A DNA stretch of 64,000 bases, from positions 124,001 to 188,000 of the forward strand of contig CDROCS010004085.1 of the NCBI GenBank assembly GCA_977020255.1, read 5' to 3'. Numbering within the stretch: position 1 is the stretch's first letter; each line of letters opens with the position of its first letter. Source of the stretch: Obrimoposthia wandeli. Its lineage: Eukaryota. This document shows, piece by piece, positions 32,716 through 43,500 of the stretch. Under the pieces are notes generated by a model. The model did no database searches. It was not told where the DNA came from and worked only from the letters and a program-made list of their open reading frames with translations. Both the position numbers and the translations under genes were made by a program.

Positions 32716-33588
32716 ATGGCTATTCCATCTTTGTCTTCATATTCCATGCCTTCAGCTGAACAATTCCCAACCAATAAAGTGACATGGGCGTTTGAACCAG
32801 AAAAAGCAGCACTCCTAATTCATGATATGCAGGAATACTTTGTCAGCTTTTACGATAAAGACAGCGCGTTAATTCAAGCATTGCTTAACAAGATAGTCGC
32901 CCTTAAACAGTTTTGTGAAACACAAGGTATCCCCGTGATTTACACCGCGCAGCCAAAAGAGCAAAACATGGCAGATCGTGCGTTGCTCAATGATATGTGG
33001 GGACCTGGATTAAACCGCTCGCCAGAGTTGCAAAAAGTCGTTGCTGAGCTAACCCCAAAAAGTAATGACACGGTGTTGGACAAATGGCGTTATTCAGCAT
33101 TTCAACGTTCACCGCTGGAACACATGCTTAAAGAATTGGGTAAAGATCAGCTCGTTATTTGTGGTATTTACGGTCATATCGGGTGCTTGATGACGGCTGT
33201 CGATGCCTTCATGCGGGATATCAAGCCATTTATGGTCGGGGATGCAATTGCTGACTTCTCGCTAGAAGATCATGAAATGGCGTTGAAATATGTGGCGACT
33301 CGCAGCGGAAAAGTGGTCAGTACTGCTGAGATTATTGGATCTGTAGCCACGCTGCCAACGTTAACAAAGGCTGGTCTTTTAAGTCAGTTGCTTACTTTCA
33401 TTGATGAGGAAGAAGATGCATTCGATCCGGATGAAAATCTGATTGATTACGGACTAGATTCTGTGCATATCATGTCACTGATCACGGAATGGCGTAAGTA
33501 CGGTATTGAATTTACCTTTATTGATTTAGCGGATGAACCGAGTTTAAACCGTTGGTGGTCGCTGATCGAAACAAAAATGGGGGCGTGA
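32716..33588 (+). CDS. entB: Isochorismatase / aryl carrier protein (EntB/AmoB-like)
   Basis: LLIHDMQEYF, KWRYSAF and GIYGHIGC; C-terminal ArCP YGLDS. Confidence 0.95.
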   Translation: MAIPSLSSYSMPSAEQFPTNKVTWAFEPEKAALLIHDMQEYFVSFYDKDSALIQALLNKIVALKQFCETQGIPVIYTAQPKEQNMADRALLNDMWGPGLNRSPELQKVVAELTPKSNDTVLDKWRYSAFQRSPLEHMLKELGKDQLVICGIYGHIGCLMTAVDAFMRDIKPFMVGDAIADFSLEDHEMALKYVATRSGKVVSTAEIIGSVATLPTLTKAGLLSQLLTFIDEEEDAFDPDENLIDYGLDSVHIMSLITEWRKYGIEFTFIDLADEPSLNRWWSLIETKMGA

Positions 33589-33590
33589 AC

Positions 33591-36500
33591 ATGACTGTAA
33601 AACCAATGATGATGCCGTTGAATACCGCGCAGCAAGGGTTGTGGCTCGGCCATACACTGAATGAGAACAAAGCGCTTTTTAATACAGCAGAATGCATTGC
33701 GTTTAAAGGGCGGGTCGATAGTGAGCAACTGGTGTTTGCTATCGAACAGGCAGTGAAAGAAAGTGAATGTTTATACTGCCATTTTGTAGAAGGTGAAGAT
33801 CAAACCCCTTACATACACCCAGCTCAATGTGAAGTTCCTATTACTACACACGTACTAACATCAAAAATCATAGATATAGATGAAGAACAAAAAGAAGTGA
33901 AAGCATGGACAAAGCTCGATATTGCACTGCCCTTAGATTTATCCCATGGATTACCTTGTCGATTTACGATTCTGCATGGTGCCACGAATGACTATTTATA
34001 TAACTGTGTACACCACATTGCTTTAGATGGTTTTGGTACTACCTTGATGTTCCAACGGATTGCTGAAATTTATACCGCTCGAATCGCAGAAAAGGTCGTG
34101 TCCCCAAATCCTTTTGGTGCGTTTGATGCAGTGTTAGACGAAGACGTGAAAAGAGTGACGTCGGGCACTTATGCAAAAGCAAAAAATTTCTGGCTAGAAA
34201 CTCTTGAAGCGTATCCGCAGCCATCATCATATAGTGACAAAGTTGCACCTATTACTGCTGATTTTCATCGAACATCGACAGGCATCAATGCCACGGTATG
34301 GGAATCGCTGACAGCGATATGCGAGGCCAATAAGCTGACGTGGGTTGATGTGTTTTTAGCTGTGTTATGCGCCCACTTGAAACAACAAACTGGCGATAAT
34401 GCGATCATGCTAGGCATGATGGTGATGAACCGTTTGGGGTCAAAATCGCTAACCGTTCCAAGTATGCAGATGAACATCGTTCCGCTTGTAATGACTTTCG
34501 AACCGCAAGATGATCTGATCAGTAGCGCAAAGAAAATTGCGCAGCACAAAAAAACAATGCGCCGTTTTCAGCATTATCGCTATGAAGATCTTCGCCGTGA
34601 TTTACACCGTATTGGCGGAGAACAACGCTTATTTGGCGCCCTCGTCAATATCATGCCGTTCGATCACCCTTTACATTATGGAAACCTGGCCGCACAAACA
34701 CTGAACCTCAGTGCTGGGCCCGTGGAAGATATCACTATTGAATTGCACAGTAAGACGGAAGGACTGCCAAGCATTGATTTTGATGCGAACCCTGATGTCT
34801 ATTCTTTGGATCAACTGTCTACTTTACAAAGTGGTTTGTTGACCTTAATCGCGCAATGGGTGATGGAGCCGTCACTCACCGTTGATAGTCTTTTGGATCG
34901 ACAGCATGCTAATGCTCGCTTAACGGCATTAATTTCGGGGGCAGAGCTGCCTTCAATGAGCAGTCAGGTGATAGAACGTATTAACGAGCAAGCGCTGCTA
35001 TACCCGAATAATGTGGCTATTGAGCAGCAAACTCTTACGGGTTTACAGCAAACCACGTATCAGCAATTGATATTGTTATCGCAACAAGCGGCATGGGCGT
35101 TGAAGCAACAAGGTGTTCAGCGTGGTGATCGTGTAGCCGTTGCGATGTCGCGTTCAGTACAGCAGGTTATTGCACAATTGGCAGTAATGTATTGCGGTGC
35201 GGTGTATGTACCGTTGGACCCAGAACAACCGATGGAGCGTCAACAGAGTATTGTAAAACAAGCCAACATTCAGACATTGATTACTGAAGCTGAATACCAA
35301 CATGCACTGACCCCTTTGGCTATCCCAACCATGTTGTTAGCAGGTCACCTCCTTAGTGACGGCTTACATTATGAATCTATGCAGCATGAATCGATGCAAC
35401 ATGAACCAATACATTATAAATCAATGCATTGTGAACCAGTGTTTGCCGATGATGTGGCATATGTGATGTTTACCTCAGGATCGACGGGTGAGCCGAAAGG
35501 GGTCGAAATTAGCCATGGAGCGTTGAACCACTTTTCTGCTGCTGGAGCGAAGACCTATGGCATAACCACTGAAGATCGTGTGTTGCAATTCGCGCCCTTT
35601 AATTTTGATGCAAGTATCGAAGAAGTGTTTGTTACTTTAACGCAAGGGGCGACGTTAATACTGCGGACTGATGCCATGCTTGAATCGATGCCAGCTTTTA
35701 TTGATGCTATTGAACAGGCTGACATCACGGTCTTGGATTTACCTACCGCTTTCTGGAATGAGTGGGTCGTGAGCTTACATGCTGGCGTGGCATCTATCCC
35801 CACAATGCTTCAGCACGTCATTATCGGTGGAGAAGCCGTGTATCCAGAGCAACTGGCACAATGGCAAACAGCGGTTACTCAAGCTATACCTGCACGTACT
35901 ATTTCACTGTTTAATACTTACGGACCTACCGAAAGTACCGTTGTTGCGACGTCGTGCGACCTTCAAGCACAATCGAGTTACACCACGGCGCTACCTATAG
36001 GCTTGCCTTTACCCGGAGTGAACGCCTTGATCCTCGATTATGCCAATCAACCAGCCAATATTGGTGAATTGGTATTGTTGGGGCCCACACTGGCGCAAGG
36101 ATATATCGGATTAACGCATCCAGCGTTCACCACAATGTTGATAGGTGAAGCGCCGTGTCGTGCTTATCGAACAGGCGATCGGGTGAGTTTCCTTGATGGG
36201 CAAATTGTTTATCTGGGACGCATCGATAATGAATTTAAAATCAGTGGTTATCGCATTCAGCCGGGAGAAGTGGAATCACACTTACTGGCGCTCAATACGG
36301 TAACAGAAGCCTGTGTACAGGGTGTTGTTTACTCAAATGGTATTCGACGTTTGATTGCATTCATTGCGGTACCAGAAAATGTTGAGTTAGATGTAAAACA
36401 CATTAAGCAACAGCTGAGTAAACACTTACCTCTCGCCATGATCCCAACGGATTATCGTTTCTTTAACACCTTACCTAAAACCACCAGTAATAAAGTTGAC

Positions 36501-36809
36501 CGCAAGGCGCTGCTAGCTAGCTATGACAATGTAAGCACGGAAGTCGCATTAGCGACAGAGACCGAGCAGCGTGTCAGCACTATTTGGCAACAGGTTTTGG
36601 GTGTGAGTGGGTTGCACTCTCAAGCCAACTTTTTTGAACTTGGCGGACAATCTTTGCAAACTATTCAAATAGTAAACCGCTTCGCGGCAGAATTTGGCGT
36701 GACGGTAAAAGTGTCTGATGTGTTTGATCATCCTGTTCTCAGCGAGTTCTGTCAGTACTTGGATGTGATGCAAGTGCAAAGTGAAGATGAAGTGGAGATG
36801 GTGTGGTAA
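33591..36809 (+). CDS. NRPS C-A-T module, predicted Lys-activating (AmoF-like)
   Basis: HHIALDG C domain; A3 FTSGSTGEPKG; hand-aligned code DAEDIGTVVK; T domain LGGQSL; no TE. Confidence 0.9.
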   Translation: MTVKPMMMPLNTAQQGLWLGHTLNENKALFNTAECIAFKGRVDSEQLVFAIEQAVKESECLYCHFVEGEDQTPYIHPAQCEVPITTHVLTSKIIDIDEEQKEVKAWTKLDIALPLDLSHGLPCRFTILHGATNDYLYNCVHHIALDGFGTTLMFQRIAEIYTARIAEKVVSPNPFGAFDAVLDEDVKRVTSGTYAKAKNFWLETLEAYPQPSSYSDKVAPITADFHRTSTGINATVWESLTAICEANKLTWVDVFLAVLCAHLKQQTGDNAIMLGMMVMNRLGSKSLTVPSMQMNIVPLVMTFEPQDDLISSAKKIAQHKKTMRRFQHYRYEDLRRDLHRIGGEQRLFGALVNIMPFDHPLHYGNLAAQTLNLSAGPVEDITIELHSKTEGLPSIDFDANPDVYSLDQLSTLQSGLLTLIAQWVMEPSLTVDSLLDRQHANARLTALISGAELPSMSSQVIERINEQALLYPNNVAIEQQTLTGLQQTTYQQLILLSQQAAWALKQQGVQRGDRVAVAMSRSVQQVIAQLAVMYCGAVYVPLDPEQPMERQQSIVKQANIQTLITEAEYQHALTPLAIPTMLLAGHLLSDGLHYESMQHESMQHEPIHYKSMHCEPVFADDVAYVMFTSGSTGEPKGVEISHGALNHFSAAGAKTYGITTEDRVLQFAPFNFDASIEEVFVTLTQGATLILRTDAMLESMPAFIDAIEQADITVLDLPTAFWNEWVVSLHAGVASIPTMLQHVIIGGEAVYPEQLAQWQTAVTQAIPARTISLFNTYGPTESTVVATSCDLQAQSSYTTALPIGLPLPGVNALILDYANQPANIGELVLLGPTLAQGYIGLTHPAFTTMLIGEAPCRAYRTGDRVSFLDGQIVYLGRIDNEFKISGYRIQPGEVESHLLALNTVTEACVQGVVYSNGIRRLIAFIAVPENVELDVKHIKQQLSKHLPLAMIPTDYRFFNTLPKTTSNKVDRKALLASYDNVSTEVALATETEQRVSTIWQQVLGVSGLHSQANFFELGGQSLQTIQIVNRFAAEFGVTVKVSDVFDHPVLSEFCQYLDVMQVQSEDEVEMVW
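35367..35444 (+). repeat. Imperfect 15-bp tandem repeat (about 5 units) inside the A domain
   Basis: tatgaatctatgcag / catgaatcgatgcaa / catgaaccaatacat / tataaatcaatgcat / tgtgaaccagtgttt, encoding HYESMQHESMQHEPIHYKSMHCEPV. Confidence 0.8.
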
Positions 36810-37585
36810 TGAAACAGAATCCAGTAGCAAGCATGATGCAGTTTTACAATAAGTACGTATGGGTTACGGGTGCCGCGCAAGGTATCGGTTATCAAGTGGC
36901 GTTACAGTTTGTTGATTTGGGCGCCACCGTGATAGGGCTCGATGTGGCATTTAATGGTAACGAACATTATCCGTTTGAGACTATGACGGTCGACATCAGT
37001 GATTCGGTGGCAGTAAAGGCGACAGCACAAGCTATTTTACAGCGTTATCCTACTGTTGATGTACTGGTGAATGTGGCCGGAATTTTGATATTAGGCGCGA
37101 CGGAGGAGCTGTCGGTTGATGATTGGCATGCTTGTTTGAACGTTAATGCGTCAGGGCCGTTTTATCTTTTGCAGCAGCTGATCCCAGTATTCAAACGCCA
37201 AGCCTCGGGGGCGGTGGTAACGGTTAGTTCGAATGCAGCACATGTTCCTCGTCAACAGATGACTGCGTATTGTGCCTCTAAAGCTGCATTAACCAGTTTG
37301 TCGCATTGTATTGGGCTAGAACTCGCGCCATATGGTGTTCGTTGTAACGTGGTATCGCCGGGTTCTACCGATACCCAAATGCAGCGGGTACTGTGGCATT
37401 CGTCTGATGCTGAACAGCGCACAATTGCTGGCTTCCCTGAACAATTTAAGCTCGGGATCCCGCTTGGGAAAATTGCCCAGCCGAATGACATTGCCCATGT
37501 GGTGACTTTCCTCGCGTCTGATTTAGCGGGACACGTCACGATGCAAGATATTGTAGTCGATGGCGGCGCCACACTTAATGCATAA
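36809..37585 (+). CDS. entA: 2,3-dihydro-2,3-dihydroxybenzoate dehydrogenase (EntA/AmoA-like)
   Basis: TGAAQGIG, SSNAAHVPR, YCASK and LGIPLGKIA motifs; TAATG overlap with the upstream NRPS. Confidence 0.95.
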   Translation: MKQNPVASMMQFYNKYVWVTGAAQGIGYQVALQFVDLGATVIGLDVAFNGNEHYPFETMTVDISDSVAVKATAQAILQRYPTVDVLVNVAGILILGATEELSVDDWHACLNVNASGPFYLLQQLIPVFKRQASGAVVTVSSNAAHVPRQQMTAYCASKAALTSLSHCIGLELAPYGVRCNVVSPGSTDTQMQRVLWHSSDAEQRTIAGFPEQFKLGIPLGKIAQPNDIAHVVTFLASDLAGHVTMQDIVVDGGATLNA

Positions 37586-37597
37586 GTAGGATCGATC

Positions 37598-40500
37598 ATG
37601 ACAGATATTATTACCTTACTCATGGCGCTAGAGCGTAAAGGGGTAAGGCTGACGTTGAATCGTCAATTTCAGCTGGTGTCTCAAGCGAATAAACAGGCGA
37701 TGACGCCAGATGTAGTCGCTCAAATTAAAGCGAATAAAGATGCCATTGTGCGCTGTTTGAAAGCCCAGCAAGCATTTGACCAGCCCATTCCTGTGACAAG
37801 GGAAACGGTGGGGCCATTATCTTATTCACAAAGTGGTTTATGGTTTATCGAGCAATATGAAGAAAACTCTCACTTGTACAATATGCCTGTGCATTTCCGT
37901 GTTACGGGAGTATTGGATTATGAGGCACTTGCTTATGCTTTTGATGTACTTGCACAAAAACATGCCAGTATGCGAACCCGTTTTGCGATCAATACGGAAG
38001 GTAAAGGGGAGCAACATATTGATGCGCATACGCCGTTTACGGTTAAGCACAAAGATTTGTCATATTTACCAGAAGGTGAGCGAGAAGCTGTCCTATTGCA
38101 GTGGATCATTGATGATGTGAATCGTCCATTTGATCTGAACCAAGGACAACTTACACGTGTCGATGTGGTAAAGCTGGATAGTGAACTGCATATATTGATG
38201 CTGACTCAACATCACATAATTTCGGATGGTTGGTCGGTGAAGAATATGTTTGCCGATTTTAAACAGGCGTTTTTGTCGTATCAAAACCAACAGCTGATGC
38301 CAGTGATACCGACTGTACGGACGTATATCGATTATGCCAATTGGTTTAATTCACCTGCGTTTCAGGATTATCATGCTGAATTTAAACCGTTTTGGGTTGA
38401 GCGCTTAGCGGGTATTCCTGAAGTGCACAGTCTGCCGTTAGATAAACCGCGTCCCGTCGCTCATGATAACGATGGAGAGCTAGTCTTCTCGCGCATTGAT
38501 AATGCGCTATGGGATAAATTTAAGCGTTTGTGTCAGCAACATAATACGTCTAATTTTATTGGTTTGCATACGGTGTTCTCTTTATTGATGGCACGCCTCA
38601 GCGATGAAAACGACATTGTTATTGGTACTCCGCTGGCGTACCGAGAGCGGCATGATATTGAAGATGTCGTCGGATTCTTTGTTAACACAATTGTACTGCG
38701 CACCCAGTTGGGAGAAAACCAGCCATTCATCGACTATTTACAGTACTGCCGTGAACAAGATTTGTCGGCGTTTGACCATCAGATTTACCGCTTTGAATCC
38801 TTGAGTGAAGCCATTGGCACCGACCGTACTACAGCTATTAATCCGATTTTTCAAATTATGTTGGTTTACCAAGCCAAAGTGGATTTTAATGATTTGATCC
38901 CAGGTTGTGGTGCAGTGGAAGAGCCATCACCGATTTTGCCGGCTAAAACGGATATCTCGTTGAAGGTGACTGAATTGGTTGAGGGTGTGCGGCTGGACTG
39001 GCTGTTTAGTAAAGGGATCTTCGAAAAAACCACCATTGAACGTTATGCCGAGCATTTCCTAAGACTATTAACGGCTGCGGTTGAAAATCCAGAATCCGAT
39101 GTGCAGCAATTGCCGATTATTGCGCATAATGAAGAGGCTGAGATGGCTGCCAAATTGGCACAATTGCCAACCGTGTATCCAGAAACCGTATTAACCCATC
39201 AAATGTTCGAAGTGGCAATGGCATCGCACCCAGAGAAACAGGCTGTGATCCATGGTGCTCAGTCATTGACCTATGCAGAGCTAGAATCCCGTGCCAACCG
39301 CCTGGCAAACTGGCTAATTGAACGAGGGCTGCGTTCTGAAAGCTTAGTCGGCATAGTTGCAGAGCGGGGTATCGAATTTGTGGTATCAGCACTGGCTGTG
39401 TGGAAAGCGGGTGGGGCGTATGTGCCGTTGGATCCGACTTATCCACTAAAGCGATTACAGCATGTGATTGATGATGCTGAGTTGTCATTGATTATTGCGC
39501 CTTCCAGTGCATTTGCGGAACAGATTCAGCAAGCTGATGGCGGTAAGCATTGTGTAACTGGGGTTGAAGTGGTGAATATCGCAGCGCCTTCATTTGTTGC
39601 ACAATTGGCTCAGTTTACTCGTACTCGTCCAGTATTAGCCCAATGCTCACCTAAGCAGCTGGCTTATGTTATTTACACCTCGGGCTCGACTGGTTTGCCA
39701 AAAGGCGTGATGGTCGAGCACGGTTCGTTTGTCAATTTGGTTCAGGATCATTGCCAGCGTTTAGAATTTAGCTCTGACAGCGTGATGTTTAATTGCATGT
39801 CACTGGCATTTGATGCCGGCAACATGACAGCAATGTTGCCACTAGCATCGGGTATTACCTTGACCTTTGGTGAGCCGAATGATCAAGTAATTGCTCAAGC
39901 TGAACAATATCGTGCCACCCATATGATTTGTTCAACCGCTTTGTTTGCTGCACTCCCCCCTCAATCTGTACAGTATTTACAAACGGTGGCGATTGGTGGT
40001 GAAGCTTGCCCAGCACAAATTGTTGAGCATTGGGCGGATAAGGTTGCACTGTTTAACATGTACGGCCCAACCGAATTTACCGTGACAGCTTTAGTGCAGC
40101 AACTTGAAACAGATCAACCTGTGAGCATTGGTACCAATGTGACTAACACACAGGCATTGATCCTCGATCAGTCTGGAAATTTATGTCCAAATGGCGTGCC
40201 GGGTGAGTTGTGTTTAACTGGGCTAGGACTAGCACGGGGGTATTTGAATCAACCACAATTAACCGCACAAGCTTTTACTCAATGGCAGTGTTTGGATCAC
40301 GCGGTGCGCATGTATAGAACGGGTGATAAGGCGCGCGTGAATCATGATGGTCGTGTTGAATACATGGGAAGAATTGATGAACAAGTGAAACTGCGTGGTT
40401 ACCGTATTGAGCTGGGGGAAATTGAAGCCCAGTTAGTTTTAGCACATGAGAATATTCATCAAGTAAAAGTCATTGTGGCGGAACAGGGAGCGCAAAAAGT

Positions 40501-43500
40501 ACTGGTAGCCTATGCCACCTTACGTGAAAGTGCATTGGCTGTTACTGCATCCACAATATTGAATCTCGCCGCGCGTACCTTGCCGGAATATATGGTACCT
40601 GCCCAGCTATTCTTCATCGATGACATGCCACTGACAGTGAATGGCAAACTCGATATACGACAATTGCCTAAAGTTGATTTGAATGCCGTTATATCTACTG
40701 CGCCGACGAATGATTTGGAATCTGCGGTGTTGGCTATTTGGCAGTCGACATTAAATACCTCTTGTGGCGTTGAAGAGGATTTTTTCCGTTTAGGCGGAGA
40801 TTCTATTCTGAGTATTCAGCTCACTACCAAGTTACGTGATGCAGGATATGCGTGTACGGTGAAAGATGTATTTGAAGCGAAAACTGTGCGTCGATTATGT
40901 CGCACCTTGGCTTCAAATATCTTAGCAGCAAGTACCACGATTCCCCCTAAAATAGAGGCTGAGCAAGGATTGTTAACGGGGGCATTCCCGTTATTGCCGA
41001 TTCAATCTTGGTTTACTGAACAAGGATTTAGTAAGCCGCAACATTGGAATCAAGCGGCAATATTGCAGATCCCAGTGTTGAGCGAAACACAACTAATCCA
41101 TGCAATGACACAGCTGTTCACACATCATGATGCATTGCGATTGTCATTACCTGAATTGCAATCTGGTGTGGCATTTGAGCGAGTCTCAGCTCAACAGTAC
41201 AACGCAGATATTTCCCTTCCTCCATTGATTGAGTTAGATGCGACTTCGTTGAGTGAACAAGAACTGTATCATGCATTTACCGAGCTACAAGCCAACTTTG
41301 ACTTGAGTGCTGGACAGACGATGGCATGGGCATTAGTTCGCAATCATCCACAGGCGGAAATAGCGCTGTTTCTTGCGTTTAATCACTGGGTAATTGATGC
41401 GGTGTCATGGCGTATTTTGACTGATGATTTTGCCAAGTTATGCCATGCTGAAGCTCTGGGTAGTAAAACAAGTAATAAAACATTGGGCAGGAAAACCACC
41501 AGTTACCGCCAGTGGGGTAAGGTATTAGCCGATTACACTCAGCGATACTCAACGCAATTTGACTACTGGTTACAGCAATCGCAAGGGAGCGATAATAGTC
41601 TGTTACGCGATGATCAGCATCCTGAAGGACTAGCCAGTTCAGCGATGATGCAGTTGCCTGTTGCATTGACTCAACGCTTAGTGTCGCAAGCCCATAATGC
41701 TTTCAACACGGAAGTGAACGACATTCTATTGGCTGCTTTAGTGAAAACGTTGGCTGATATGGGATGGGGCGATGAACATACTATTATGCTGGAAGGCCAT
41801 GGTCGTGAAGCTATTTCGCCAAGCCATGATGTTAGTCAGACGGTTGGGTGGTTTACCAGTACTTATCCATTATTACTCCGTACTGCTAATGCAGCGAGTA
41901 TAGAAGATGAACTTACAACGCTAATTCAACATACCAAAGAATGTCGCCGTGTAATTCCTGATAAAGGTATTGGCTTTGCGGCGTTTAAGCAGCACCATGC
42001 GGAAGGCCGCCGCTTATCACTTTCGCCGATCGTGTTTAATTATTTAGGATTACAGACGCATACAGCCGGTGAGTGGCGACCAATAGGCATTGAGCCGGGT
42101 CAGGTGATGTCGCCGTTGAACAAGCCAGCAGAATTGATCAGCTTACATGGTGGCATTATTGAAGGGTCGCTTACATTCAGACAAGTAGGCTGTTTAACTC
42201 AAACATTGAGTGAGCAATTTATGGCTAGTCTGGCAGTTAACATTGAAAAGCTAATTGATTTCTGTGAACAGACCTATGCCAAGGCAGGATGCCAACCGAC
42301 ACCCAGTGATTATCCACTCGTTAAGCTATCGCAGGTGGAACTGAATCATTTACAACACAGCTTAGATGTTGAAGCCATTGTGCCAGCCTCTTCGTTGCAA
42401 GCAAGTATGTTTGTGCATCAACAATGTTGCCCGCAAGATGATGCGTTCCATTTGCAAACTCCGATTCATTATCCACATACTCTTAATGTTATCGCCTATA
42501 AACAAGCTTGGCAGCATGCTACTGAACGTTTCCCTGCGCTTCGAGTTGCTTTGCGTCATTGCCAAGAACTAGTGCAAGTCATTCAAGGCAATATTGAATT
42601 GGCATTTGATATTGTTGATCTCTCCGATCCTGCATCACCGGATCATGCAGATCCACAGGCTGCACTGATCCGCTATCAAGAAGCCGATCGTCAGCGTTCG
42701 TTTGTGTTGAATGAGACTACCGAACCATTGTTTAGATTGCTGTGCATGAAAGTGTCAGAGTCGAATTATCACGTGTTGTTCAGTTGCCATCACGCGATCA
42801 TTGACGGATGGAGTGGGCCACGATTATTTGGCGCAGTGCATGAGTGTTATCAGCGTCTTTTAGATGAGGCTGAGGCACCCATTACCGCTGAAAAAAATAC
42901 AGCAGCTGTTCCTATTATCGTCCACCAGTATGATAACGCCTATCTTGAGCATGCGACCTATGCGGTGAAACAACGTGAAGTTGTTTCTGCTTATTGGCAA
43001 GAAAAGTGGCCCACGATGCAACAACGAAATGATTTGTCTTCTTTGTTTGGAGCCGATCTTTCACTGGCTAACATGCAACAAACACCGGCGGTGGTACGTT
43101 TACGCTTGACGGGTCATGAGCAGAAAAAGCTGGTGGATTTCGCCCAAGCAATAGGTGTAACCAATAGCGTTGTTGTGCAATATGCTTGGCACCGACTAGT
43201 GGCAAAAATAACGGGTGATGCAGTAACGATAGTGGGAAATGTAACATCGGGACGAGATGCGCCTGTTGATGATATAGCTGCCAGTGTTGGTTTATATATT
43301 AACTCGCTGCCATTGATGATGCAGTGGAACACAGGGCTAACATTAGGAGAGCACATTGTCACACTGCAACGTGAGTTGATGGGGCTCAATGAGTACGCGA
43401 CTCAGTCTTTAATTACATTGCAAAACGGGCTCCCCCGTTGTTTTGATAGCTTGTTTGTGTTTGAAAATTACCCTAGACCGACAGCACGCCCTCCACAAAC

